Assembly: GCA_964019335.1 (NCBI GenBank)
Contig: OZ025695.1
Coordinates: 474,881 to 538,880 of the forward strand
Direction: 5' to 3'
Length of the DNA: 64,000 bases
Source of the DNA: Diplonema japonicum
Taxonomy: Eukaryota; Protista; Euglenozoa: Diplonemea
Shown here: one piece after another, positions 12,601 to 21,795 of the stretch
Position numbering within the stretch: the first letter of the stretch is position 1
Layout of the letters: each line of letters starts with the position of its first letter
The notes under the pieces: model-generated
Told to the model about the DNA's origin: nothing
Databases searched by the model: none
The model's input: only the letters and a program-made list of their open reading frames with translations
Made by a program: the position numbers and the translations under genes

Positions 12601-15269
12601 GTGTTAGCTTTCGTGCTCTCGCTGTAGAAGACAGGCGTGGCAGCTGCCCTGTCGTCAGAGATCCACTCACGTACTAGTGCTGCGAAAGCGGGGCAGATGA
12701 TGGCCGCTTTACCTGGTCCTGCGGAACCACCTGCCTTTTGCGCCTCGATCATGGCCTGCACGGCTGTGATCTCAGGTTTTCGTGAGTGTTCGAAATATGT
12801 CTGCACCTTGGCAACGACGGGGTCCACTTCCTTGGTGTTGGTCTCGACACGGCCCTTGCACATGGCGGCAAAGAGTTCAATACACGCCACATTGTAGACA
12901 AGGAAAGAGGAATTTCCCGCCTTCTCGGCGAAGGGCGGGACGCCTAATCCTTCGTACAGCATCCTCTGCAGATCGATAGATGGCACATGCTTGCTGGGCA
13001 GCCAGAGCATCTCGTTCATACTAACCTCGACCAGCCCACTGTGCCCTATTTTATGGTGGATAATGTTGCGCCCCTTCTGCCACCTCACACCGTCGTCCTC
13101 CAAGAAGTGCTTCAGCACCAGCCGTTGGTTGTTGCTTATCGGCTGTCCGTTCTCTTCGCATACGCAACACATCCTCATTAATTGCACGATGCGCTGTGCT
13201 GTGCACTCGCCATCAGCACGGTGCTGCCCATGCAATCGGGTCCCGCTATCCTTCTCGCCAAGCTGGGACAGCGTGTTCAGGTCATCACAGAATTTTACGA
13301 CCACCTTTTCGTCCAAGAACTTCACGACCTCGTAGTGCCTCAACAGGACCTCGAGGCACAGGTCCGCTTGGATTTTATGCCACAGAAGTTGGTCCTGTAT
13401 TTTGTAGATGTAACCCAGCCGCATAATCTCCACTGCTGCTTTCTCGTTGTCTTTGATCATGGCACTGAGGGACATGTAAATGTTGACACAGATGGACTTG
13501 AACGTCCTGTATTGGGGCTCTTGCAGGTCGAGGATGTTGAAGCGGCCCCTCGTCAGGTATGTTTTTTGGCTCTTCTTGTGGTTATGCTCGTTGTGGAAGG
13601 CTGTCCATCCCACTTCCTCGAAAGGCACCGTGAGACAGTCCATCAGGAACACGTGAATGTCTTGGTCCAGCATGGTTTGCTGGTATAATGTGTGCTTCTC
13701 CTCCTTCCTGAGCCCCACCCATGTGGTCCTGCGCCGTTTGCCGTGCTTGACGGACACTGTCTGCGGTTCTTCTATCTCGGGGACGACGTCGGGCGGCGTG
13801 AGCAACGCGACGTACTTCTGCAGATGGTACAACACAGATTGCAGCAACGTGTCATGCGGCGCTTTTTGCTGCAGGTTTGCGACATCGCCCGGTTGCGCTG
13901 CTGCCTCCTCATCCTTCCTCCTCCACCAGCTGATGTATTCCATGATGGTAGGCTTCGACCTAACAATTGTGTTGATCTCGTGCACGATGTCCAGTTGTGG
14001 TGCAATCATCACCTGCAAAGCGTCTTGAAAAACCTGCCGTGGCTGGCAGGACAGCTCCAAGTTGTTGTCCCATTCAGCAGAGGTGCTTGTGGTGGTGCCC
14101 AACCAACACCTGGCAACGAAAGGCTTGACAGGTTCATCAGAGTGAGTGGGCACGATTCCAGCGAGGCGTACAATCTGATCCTTCTGCAGGTGGTCGTCTG
14201 GCGTCTGATGCACTTGATGCAAGAATTTGCCTACATCAGTTACACCCTCAGGGATGATCTTCGAAGTGAAGAGCCATTGCGTAGAAGTCACGCTATCATC
14301 GGTACCTATCTCAGGAATGACACCGAGGGTGCAGCCGTCCTGCGTCGATGTGTGAGAAAGGTAGAGCCCAGACGCAAGGTGCTTGACTCGCACAGGACGC
14401 TCCATTGGGATAAAGCCACCCTTGTCCGTGTCCTCGTGTTCTATGTAGAAGAAGGAGTTACTTCGGTAGGACCGCATTTTGAGGTTCGGGTTGCCGACAC
14501 GGTGCATCGTAAATGACCTGGCGGTGGCACCTATCTTGATGTTGACATAAGACTCGTAGTCCTTGTGGTACAGGAGGATCGGGTCTCCGATCTTCACCAT
14601 GCGTTTCATGAGGAAAGCCTCAGGAGTGGTGGAAGTGTCAAAGGCGCGGATGGCGTACGTGTTCTTGCTGACTGAGAGGTTCGCTTCATAGTACTTGTCG
14701 CCTTCCTTAGGGCGAATGTCATCACAGCTAGTGCACTGGGTGCTGTCGGTCGCACTACTGCTGAGAAAGTGCGAGGGTCGAATCTCTGCGTGCTCGAGGT
14801 TGATCTCGTCGTTTGCCTCAATGACCTGACCCTCCTGGCGCACTTTGAAGGAAGGCACGATCCTGAAGTATGACTTGTGAGTGGCATTGTCTTCTAGCGA
14901 GAGCTTCAGGTTGTCACCTTCGCCCACCCACGAGCTGGAGATTCGCGACACCAAAGACAAGACACACAGCAGTTGCTGAGAGTACACGTGTCTGAGCTTT
15001 ATCTTGTCACCATAGCAGACCTCTTCAGAGCTTCGACGGTGCGCCGCATTCATCTCGCTGCCCACCGGCTCGTCGAAGGGCAGTACCTCAAACAAGTACT
15101 TCTGGTACACAGAGTTCCTCTTTCTGTTGTCCCTCGCCACGTGCACGCCAACCTCTCCGTTCCTGTCCCCCAACTGCGTCAGAAACCCTTCCACCTTCGC
15201 ATCGAAGAAGGTCACCTTGTCCCCATACCGTATCTTTGCAGCCTTCTCGTTCTTGTCTGGGTTGAGCAT
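6690..15269 (-). CDS. ITPR: Inositol 1,4,5-trisphosphate receptor-family Ca2+ release channel
   Basis: About 2860 aa: N-terminal MIR/beta-trefoil, RIH-associated 'FRVLQLLCEGH..LQNFLR' and 'TLTEFCQGPC..NQ', TM region with pore 'GLRQGGGLAD', 'NIIFGIILDTFAELR', 'CFICG' and 'HNMWSY'. Start moved to MLNPDK at 15269, after the CATAACAG acceptor. Confidence 0.95.
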   Translation of the reverse strand: MLNPDKNEKAAKIRYGDKVTFFDAKVEGFLTQLGDRNGEVGVHVARDNRKRNSVYQKYLFEVLPFDEPVGSEMNAAHRRSSEEVCYGDKIKLRHVYSQQLLCVLSLVSRISSSWVGEGDNLKLSLEDNATHKSYFRIVPSFKVRQEGQVIEANDEINLEHAEIRPSHFLSSSATDSTQCTSCDDIRPKEGDKYYEANLSVSKNTYAIRAFDTSTTPEAFLMKRMVKIGDPILLYHKDYESYVNIKIGATARSFTMHRVGNPNLKMRSYRSNSFFYIEHEDTDKGGFIPMERPVRVKHLASGLYLSHTSTQDGCTLGVIPEIGTDDSVTSTQWLFTSKIIPEGVTDVGKFLHQVHQTPDDHLQKDQIVRLAGIVPTHSDEPVKPFVARCWLGTTTSTSAEWDNNLELSCQPRQVFQDALQVMIAPQLDIVHEINTIVRSKPTIMEYISWWRRKDEEAAAQPGDVANLQQKAPHDTLLQSVLYHLQKYVALLTPPDVVPEIEEPQTVSVKHGKRRRTTWVGLRKEEKHTLYQQTMLDQDIHVFLMDCLTVPFEEVGWTAFHNEHNHKKSQKTYLTRGRFNILDLQEPQYRTFKSICVNIYMSLSAMIKDNEKAAVEIMRLGYIYKIQDQLLWHKIQADLCLEVLLRHYEVVKFLDEKVVVKFCDDLNTLSQLGEKDSGTRLHGQHRADGECTAQRIVQLMRMCCVCEENGQPISNNQRLVLKHFLEDDGVRWQKGRNIIHHKIGHSGLVEVSMNEMLWLPSKHVPSIDLQRMLYEGLGVPPFAEKAGNSSFLVYNVACIELFAAMCKGRVETNTKEVDPVVAKVQTYFEHSRKPEITAVQAMIEAQKAGGSAGPGKAAIICPAFAALVREWISDDRAAATPVFYSESTKANTTKLLEWGKGKVKQSFLPAEQDLEVKSWIKSRCSDLSFLLQKNQTMKLLLSALTLCKRLVLKGTYTLGQAELATNTGGKTEKPLFDSFLAILDPATDGRESGILTEAQRRMYSDINLPIFSAKLEVCRVLHATLDMKIWHIFVQRAIGVEIEEGNTPFWSKMSFAEKSMQQCENYFPVGDVQDLGGWLHTSAAPFDFSGDVSPNHIDSFQQMRDLTHYLMELTLYQWVPIVDCSLDLLLRLHSVPLEVSNALNKVIMLEHRDERRIYKEISDLAEVLVNKQDAISVTDSDPSKASIVAEIQNAVSRTIALCLPDAEDMLRSWDEFVDCRPNAQAQRLISSTSIIESVLTILSSFIRAEEQYPQVPAVPAHPQYLVKLLRSCYRLLTVYVKDSQQSASNQLLLNWVVEEKLKLHIRHERRAGPTHSRMLLWDVSYFLTELTLHYKVCVLISTYKDLIWVLVSQLNPGVLGSGRSPRHLKILKQLVLVQHIHTVDTEGPEKVTEVHERVIESSLTTVINYIVMEKKRVLMLLRDTNEQERDVRQQLISEEVEALIAGKSPAFCPPLDKNGPLQYHIELVELFSCALKGNTAVMTQTLAFNVMWPVDLAVPVEYSYPLFFMRPYLMLLSAYLHRDDKAPQVLSYTGPKGRSTVQKEPVVWNILNVCVFICRALVEGDKTGSDYLHKCYNKGAGARTYQWLQSLMKACDKSVRLPTYFPVWFCRAELETFVLDAVVPFINALTRRVRTCPTQSGQVRMACKCVVHLCELVISEGFLFLNTPKKAKLRQLLNQCITLGLSPDRVELGSFEATDQPEGFILILKRASKRAFESLSDVGANGGQLKANDGVGDQFIQFREDFARAVRNPAMYTENPVSTEPLSRARLLAFSRRSVNGMNQYLLREYVGQNCDAEDDKDASLPTMMTLDNFTKFANLLVSNTLPMEHVASVLNILAFGFAEEDKVNALETQRVKQQGIQSDLAAEALNTIDKRKREIQVMFNKKAATQKVFMLMETLIPRAPEKMREIHTATLSLAKQLLDGGTRKEVQMAIYQFFIERPMEGFFVFCRDQIKSYELEIKSWDLQSSSCTQQQKLRLCEMEVLFRVLQLLCEGHMTKLQNFLREQPDNPFSVNVVREVAMFTRYLTKEITHEAVLPLIMQGFVTLTEFCQGPCKGNQETLVEAKMPSVVGVLLERTEEETCDTSGEEGLSFDDVLSEAIGMLLSLTEGVTSMQSDLLVESTISKTDVPQKLLDMLRDNNQANLYNLLNKMNESWIKGHIVHATRMKGLVWKLSGKDTEEVSAEEEGCGEELQLGYNIFIFILSLCRFDKTKVDDRAEPALLKLLKSQMSYAYFNRHVGQIEIGRDEQLEKVYFVLPDRCKLLPEESKAGIQVSVKRDSRETKIQDFFSTWSDLVQEINIYDEANKQPNLQLFIKYGKWLEAISLFLSLVISAYLMGTMKRKNGPSKEYLSDTDYIGFNVLAIVQIFIELWLFFGWMQIKGRVIVFKFVQRAKNEVVSQKVRGPDFNMDTNIDKIRSYADWARHSAFMKAYLSLTVLLRHKDFYVTTLFAAAAPVGYFANPIFFSLQIFRVIKRSDSLQNVIKSVTSKYQDLLWTAGLGMVVIFLFSMVSFYYFSDKYYDVKRNPDLGQGFSCQELWRCFILNVVYGLRQGGGLADVLQHPDWHKDNVWPRLAFDFAFWLVMIIIFLNIIFGIILDTFAELRDKKQDRERDMKSKCFICGKEAYEFDKSRQSSFTDHYHKDHNMWSYLFFYVYLFHKSPELFTGQESYVWHKIERNLTDFFPEDAIALEEEADDDDAEEEEREKRIESKLDKLIKLVSGSSNGQHAVAAQRAMPPCGPTGGVGDVSKLVKKIAELEKKQKEFKTNTGKMDEILELSRRMARRQSGNEFQPVSRTNSNSSAFRGPRAHLTSHPVPSTQSAAPLVLPLSPPVASSSSAAHRTSIPLASSPLTTPIQYPLGS

Positions 15270-15475
15270 TGTGTATCCTGTTATGTGTCGCAAAAGTAAT
15301 ACAAGCAAAAAGCAATCAACCACAGAGGGAAGGGGCAGGTGCCGCCTAGATATCAGTCACAGAGACAGCACACAAATGTATGGAACAAGGTGAGAGGAGG
15401 CGCGGTGACGGCACGCACGCAGAAGGAGAGGAAGAACGGGGGGAGGGGGGGGAGGGAATAGTTTTGATGCCTTTT

Positions 15476-16840
15476 TCAGGTTCTTGTGGAAGCCTCGTAT
15501 TGCCTGGAGTAAGCCGCTAAAAAAGAAGTGATGTTTGACCATTCCCAAGCCTCCGACAGGTCAAGGGCGGTTTTGCCGCTTAGAGACTTGGCAGTGGGAT
15601 CGGCGCCCACACTGCACAAGTACTCAACGACAGCGGAATGCCCCTTCCACGCTGCGCGTATGAGGGCGGTGTCACCATGCTTGTTGTGCACGTTCAGGTC
15701 GCTCCCGTGCTCGAATAGGAACTTAACGACATCGCAGTGCCCGTTGATGGCAGCCAGGCACAGGGCTGTGTTCCCGTTGCTGTACCTGCCTTTGATGTCG
15801 GCACCATTCTCGTACAGCAGCTTGAGGATCTCGAGGTACCCGTACAGCGCAGCGCACACAAGTGCTGTGCTGCCATTGAGGGACACCACGTTGACATCCG
15901 ACTTCCTGTCGAGAAGATACCTTACGACCTCAAGGTGTCCGTTCTGCGCAGCCCAGATAAGGCACGTGTCGCCATGGTCGTTTGTTGCATTGATATCGTC
16001 CCCACCCCGCTCAAGGTGCTCCAGCGTCGCGAGGTAACCTTTTTGCGCCGCCAGCATGCTGGGGGTGGTGCCGTTCCTGTTCCTGACGTTCACATTGGCC
16101 CCCTCCGCTACAAGGTAGTCCACCACCTCATGGTGCCCGCAAAGACAAGCCCACGACAGCGGCGAGTCGCCCTTCAGATCTACCGCGTCGATGTCTACGT
16201 TGTAACTACGAAGCGTGCGCACCACCTCCAGGTAGCCCTTCTGCGCTGCCCACAAGACTGGTGCCGCTCCTGATGATGAGGGTTCTGTGGCAGAGGCACC
16301 AGTTGCATGCAGAAGGGTGATAATGTCAAGGTGCCCTTTCTGCACAGCGCACATGAAGGCCGTGTTGCCCTTACTGTTCTTGATGTGTAGGTCGGCACCA
16401 GACGACAGCAGGGTTCTGACCACTTCAATGTGCCCGTTGAGAGACGCCCAGTGCAGCGCTGTGTCGTGGTTGGTGTTCTGGTAGTTGACGTTGACGCCTG
16501 CCTGCATCAGCAGCATGAGGGTCCTGTGCTCGCCGTCGCCGCTGGCCTGCACCAAGTTGTCGCCTGTGGCGTTGCACCCTGACCCTGATAACTCCCGCTT
16601 GGCCACCTCCTCGTCGGTAAGCGTTACTTGAAGCACTTCATCCGCACAGAGGCCTGTTTCTGCTATGGGCATCTCATCGTGGCCCTCGACCGCCAGCTTC
16701 TGCGACCCCTTTGGGATGCCGCATGACTCTTCGATCTGTATCTTCAAGTCCCCCACAGTGGCCCCCGCGCTGATGCACAGGCTGATCGTGGTGCCGTCGT
16801 ACGTGCTCACGAACAACAGCATCTCATTCTCGAGCTGCAT
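15476..16840 (-). CDS. Ubiquitin-like domain plus ankyrin-repeat protein
   Basis: N-terminal 'FVSTYDGTTISL...ATVGDLKIQIEESCGIP...QKL' Ubl fold, then about 10 'G.TAL..AA..GH.EVV..LL..GAD' repeats. Start placed after the GACAG acceptor. Confidence 0.9.
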   Translation of the reverse strand: MQLENEMLLFVSTYDGTTISLCISAGATVGDLKIQIEESCGIPKGSQKLAVEGHDEMPIAETGLCADEVLQVTLTDEEVAKRELSGSGCNATGDNLVQASGDGEHRTLMLLMQAGVNVNYQNTNHDTALHWASLNGHIEVVRTLLSSGADLHIKNSKGNTAFMCAVQKGHLDIITLLHATGASATEPSSSGAAPVLWAAQKGYLEVVRTLRSYNVDIDAVDLKGDSPLSWACLCGHHEVVDYLVAEGANVNVRNRNGTTPSMLAAQKGYLATLEHLERGGDDINATNDHGDTCLIWAAQNGHLEVVRYLLDRKSDVNVVSLNGSTALVCAALYGYLEILKLLYENGADIKGRYSNGNTALCLAAINGHCDVVKFLFEHGSDLNVHNKHGDTALIRAAWKGHSAVVEYLCSVGADPTAKSLSGKTALDLSEAWEWSNITSFLAAYSRQYEASTRT

Positions 16841-17003
16841 GCCAAGTCGTCCTGTCGGTCGGTAGGGTAGGCTTTTCTGAAGAAAGAAAACAAAAATACG
16901 GAAAGAACACTTATTTCTCTTCAAAATATCAAATACGACTTGGGCCATGGGTTACGGAAAGGGGGGGGGGGGGGGGGGGGCGAGTTTCTTTTTTTTAATT
17001 TAT

Positions 17004-17726
17004 TTATTTCTTGGGCCTTGTGACCCTCTTCGGTTGTTGGGCTGTGACCTGCGGCTGGCCCGTCTGCTGCCCCTCATTGGCGGCGCTGCGGATCATCTCC
17101 ATGAGACCCCCAGGGTTTTCCTGTATTTATTTGTTTATTTTTTTACAAGAAAATAAAAATTCCCGTCTTACCTTTCGCATCTGTTTCATTTCCTCGGGGT
17201 CGACAAGCATGGGCATGAGGAAGGCCATCCCGCCGAAGAAAACCATCATCAGCACCATCGGGTTCATGAGCTTGCTGCTGAGACTGATCTCTTCGTGCTG
17301 ATCGAAGTAGGAGACCTGCGCCAGCTGTTCTACTTCGAGGGGTTCTTGGAGCTGCACCCTGCTCTTGTCATTGAACATAGCCCGGTATTTCCCAGGGCTT
17401 TTCTTAGACACGTCGATGCGGAGCTGCGGCATCATGAACTCCCTCACAGCAAAGTCGATTAAGTGTGTCCCAGGAGGGAGGTTCAGCATAAAAGTCCCAT
17501 TGGCCCGTACGTATGTGGCCTGGTAATGATTTTTTTTTTTTTTTTCCTCCAAATTGCATACATGTTCACCGTTCACGACCAGCCTCACCCCGCCTCCCTT
17601 TTTGAAAACTCTAGGTGGTAGAAGTACCCTCCCGTTTATAAACGAGAAACCTGTCTCCTCACCCTCACTCAGCACCGCACATTGCAGCAATGCTATTGAT
17701 ACCAATGCTATCGTTGTGAATTTCAT
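17004..17726 (-). CDS. EMC7: ER membrane protein complex subunit 7, introns at 17520-17561 and 17121-17171
   Basis: Signal peptide, 'VVNGEH|ATYVRANGTF..NLPPGTH', 'RIDVS', 'YF...E......LMNPMVLMMV...MP.LVDPEEMK'. Removing the two GT-AG introns deletes a poly-K insert and restores a C-terminus ending RPKK*. Confidence 0.88.
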
Positions 17727-18503
17727 TTTTTTTTTGTTTTGTTTCTTTCAGTTTTTTTTTTTTTTTATTTGCTTAGTTTAAAATAGATTTTATTTAAAAA
17801 AAAAACAGGAGGGGTTATCAAAAAAAGGGGGGGGGGGGCAGGGAACCAAAGAGGAAAAGAAAAAAGAAAAAACGAGACTAGGGTCCCTAAGGAAAGAGGG
17901 GGGGGGGGGGGGGGAGAAAGAAAGATAAGAAAAAAAAGAAAGCCCCGTCTCATGAAGCCAAGAAGAAAGGAAAAAAAAAAAAGAAAAGAAAAAGAAAAGG
18001 AATGTGGAATATCCCTACCTACTTCCCTCTTTTTTTTTTAAAAAACTTTTTTTTTTCTACTCTTTGACTTTTTTTTTTTGTAATGTCTCCTTCCTTAATA
18101 TACTGAGCGGCTCCACCTTCACAGTCCCCCTCTGGTAAAATCCAGCAGGGATGGAAACTAAGTTTGATAACTATGATGTGTCCAGGGAAGATTCACGGAG
18201 ATAGCAGTAACTAAAGAGGGCGTTGAGGAGAGGGGAGGGGTGGGTGTATAGAAGAAATTTGGAAAATGAAGGAAAAGAAATAGAATTCAAAGGGAAGGAA
18301 AAGAAAAGGGGAAAAAAACACCATGCAGCAAAAAAGTACGCCCAAATAAATGAGTGCTTACTGTGCATAGAGTTCCTTTTTTTTTTTTTTTTTTATTTCC
18401 CTTTTTTCTTTTTCTCCCCGCCCCCCCGGTTCCTTTCCCTTTTCTCTTTGATTTTTTTTTTTTTTTTTTTTTTTTTTGCTATTGTCAAGGGAAGGAAAAG
18501 GAG

Positions 18504-18552
<49 letters not shown>

Positions 18553-19269
18553 CCACGCTGCATATCTCTAAAGCTTTTTTTTTTCTGTCCCAAGGCAAAA
18601 GGTACCAAACAATAACAAAATAAGAATGTTCCGTGTCTACCAAACGGAGAGGTGCTCTGACGTGTTTTAGAGACTAGTAGCGTTAAAGGTTTATGTGATT
18701 TTTTTTTGTTCTTTCGATCTCTTTTTTTTTCTGTCCAATTGTATTTTTTTTTTTTGCTTTATTTTTGAAGAAAAAGAAATTGAATGACCCCCCCTTTTTT
18801 TTGAATTTCTGCGCAAAGACCCCCAAGAGAAGAAGAAGAAGGGAAATGGGCAGAATCTGCAGCAAGACACAAGAAAAAAAACCCCCCCCACGAACAACTG
18901 ATTCTGTTCATCATAAAAAGAAAATGGGTAACCCCACTCCTGATGTCCTATTTGTTCTTTCTTATTATTTTCTTTTTTTATTCTTCGTCTCCCCTTCTTC
19001 TTTTTCGAACAAAAAGAGAAAAAAAACTTTGCTGCGTGAATTTCTTTTTTCTTTTTTCTTTTGTTATTTTTTTTTTTTTTTTTCCTTCTTCTTTTTTTTT
19101 TTTCCAAAAAAAAAAAAAAAAAAAAAAAAAGCACAATTTTCCAACAGAAAAAAAAAAGAAGAGTTGGGAAGGGAGAGAGGGGGGGGGGACTTCAAAAAAT
19201 AAAAAGGAAAAAAAAAAAAATAAAACACACACAGGAAGTAAAAAAAAAATATATATATCACACAATCCT

Positions 19270-19716
19270 TCACTCCTCTTCCTCACCCAAGGTGAGGTGA
19301 GCAAGGCAGAAATTCGGCACATCCGAACAGCTGTAAAGACACAGGAAATCTCCCTCCGGAGAGGTGTAGATGTTGACAATAATATCATTCCGTGAAAGGA
19401 CCTCAATGGGCTCAATGGCGTCAGGGGTCTTTTGCCAGTGTGCTGCCTCGGTATCGTTGGTTACATAGATATAAGTGGCACCCTCGTTCGGGGTTGTGGC
19501 CCCCAAGCACCTCACAAAGGGGTGAGACCCCCCAAGAATGACGTCATTCTCAATTGTGTAACTTTTAAGGAATCTCTGCACTACATCGCTCTCGAAAAAC
19601 ACCTTCTTGCAAGCACCTGCTTTCTCCTTCATCACCCCGCCAAGAATATCTTCCACCTGTGTGGGCGACAGCATGTAAAAAGACTTGTACCCGCGCATGG
19701 ATGATGTAGGTTTCAT
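19270..19716 (-). CDS. Hypothetical protein (148 aa)
   Basis: Coding-like composition inside homopolymer-rich DNA. ATG at 19716 lies downstream of a CATCACAG acceptor. No recognisable motif. Confidence 0.6.
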   Translation of the reverse strand: MKPTSSMRGYKSFYMLSPTQVEDILGGVMKEKAGACKKVFFESDVVQRFLKSYTIENDVILGGSHPFVRCLGATTPNEGATYIYVTNDTEAAHWQKTPDAIEPIEVLSRNDIIVNIYTSPEGDFLCLYSCSDVPNFCLAHLTLGEEEE

Positions 19717-20009
19717 TTTTTTTTTTTTTTGAAGATCCCCTCGTGCTGTGATGGAGTTTGATTTTCGAAATATTAAAAAAAAAAAAAAAAAGAAGAAGCT
19801 TGTGCACACAAGGAAAGAAAAGAAAGTAAAGCAAATGAATGGTTTTTTTTGGGGGGGGTAGTGGTGATAGCACATCCTCACTTTAATTTTTTTTTTCCCC
19901 ATCTACTTTTACTTTTTCATTCCAAGTTGATCCCCTCCAAAAAAAAAAATTATTTTTTTTTTGTTCCCGGTGGGATCGGATCACTCTACGGAAAGCATGG
20001 GGAAGGAGA

Positions 20010-20011
<2 letters not shown>

Positions 20012-20050
<39 letters not shown>

Positions 20051-20355
20051 GTGTCTTGAAGAGAACCTGCAGGATATGACAGGATCGCCTAACCTAGTGA
20101 CCCGTTGTAGCTACTCAGCGGCTTGGGCGTGAAAATCAACAATGCAACGCAGAGGTGATGGCTGTAGGGACCTAGGGCGCGCGGGGTGTAGTGCTGACTT
20201 CCTTCTTGATAAAAAGTGATACTGACCTCTCAGACTCCCAAAGGGGTATTGAGGGCCGACACAAAGGTAGAAATATGCCCACTTTATGACACGGAAAACC
20301 TTTCTCCAGGGTTTTACTACGAGTCGGTGGTGGAGGGAGGGGAAGGGGGCAACCG
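20012..20355 (-). mobile_element. SINE-like or non-autonomous retroposon sharing its 3' end with the LINE at 56846-59784, T38 tail; 5' boundary uncertain
   Basis: Minus strand GTTAGGCGATCCTGTCATATCCTGCAGGTTCTCTTCAAGACAC+T38 matches LINE 59732-59776. A second shared block is TTCACRCCCAAGCYGCTGA. Confidence 0.7.
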
Positions 20356-21795
20356 AAAAAAAATGGTGAATAAATGAAAATTAGGGGTCTACACATCACA
20401 TCTAACAAGTATCCCTCTCTCCAATTTACACGATATTTCGTGCGTTATAATATAATAAAACACAAATTAAAAAAAAAAAAACCCCACCGGGTTAATTTGT
20501 CCTCCCTCTACCAATATATAGGTTCTGTTCTCTGAGAAGAAAATGAAAAAAAAAAATTCTTCTTCATTTTGTGTGCAATTCTTTTTTTTTTTTTGATGAA
20601 TATTTTTCAAGGTTTGACCTTCCCAAAGTTTTTTTTTTGCTTTAGAAGGACGTTCTCTCCCCCCCCCCCTTTTTTTGTCATGTTTGTATCTACCTTGCTC
20701 CCTTCTGGGGCCTCGGGAGGCCTTTCTTCCTGTGTTGCCTTTTTCTCTTTAAGAAAAGGCACATGCAATGAGAATAAAATGGGGTCTGGTGGGTTATGTG
20801 CAGAAAAAGGAGAAATAAAAAAGAAAAGGAAACAAAAAAATGAAAAAGACAGAATGGCGGCAAAAACGAAAGGGGGAGGGGGGAACTATTCTGGCGCATT
20901 AAAAACACATCCCAGCTGACGCTAGGTGGTAGCACACAACAATGGGAGGAGGGGAGAAGAAGAAAAGGGAGGGAAACAACAAAAAAAAAAAAAAAAAAAA
21001 GGGTTGGTCTCGAGATGGAGCAAAAGGGGTGGAGGACAGACAAGAAAAAAAGAGAGAAAGAAAGTTGAAAAAGAGATTTCAAAAAAAAAAAAGGAAAAAA
21101 AAAAAAGAAAAGAAAACGGAAGAAAAAAGAGGGAGACGAAAAAAAACAAAGAAATTACACTGAAACCTTCAACACTCCCTTCTTCTTCTTCTTTTTTTTT
21201 TTTTTCTCCTCGTTTTTATAACCAATCCAGAAAAAAAAAAACAACTTTCTTTTTGTTTCTATCCCTTTTTATTTATTTTTTTATTCCTCTTGCTTTCCGT
21301 CCATAGACCTTTTGCGTCTTCTTCAATTAAAAAAAAAAAAAAAAAAAAACCACTCTTTATACCCCCGCTCTCTCACTCTCGGTTGATCGTCCCCTTTGTT
21401 TTTTTTTTTTCTTGGTTTTTTTTTTTCTTGTTTTTTTTTCTTCTCTTCATCAGACAACAAACCAAACACTTTATGAGGAATGCTAATTTATTATTCCTTT
21501 TTTTTCTTTTTTTTAAAGAGGTAATTCACTATTATACGGGAAGAAGTGTTAGAACAAACAAAACAAGGGGGGGGGGGGGGGGGGGATTAGTTGGTGGTGC
21601 TCCTTTTGCTTTTTTCTTTTTTTGGTTGCGCACGAGCAGGAAATAAGAGAGATACCCATGGGAGCATGAAAGATCTGGGCCTGCTCGAAGGGGGGGGCGG
21701 GTGGGTTGTATTTAAAACGAAAATAAGAGAGAGAAACCTGTCATGTCTCGCACCGTGACCGTGAAGGAGACTATTCCCCCACACTGCGCAACACT

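Noticed and set aside
17765-21646. Poly-K and poly-F ORFs
   Set aside because: Artefacts of A/T homopolymers that lack stop codons.
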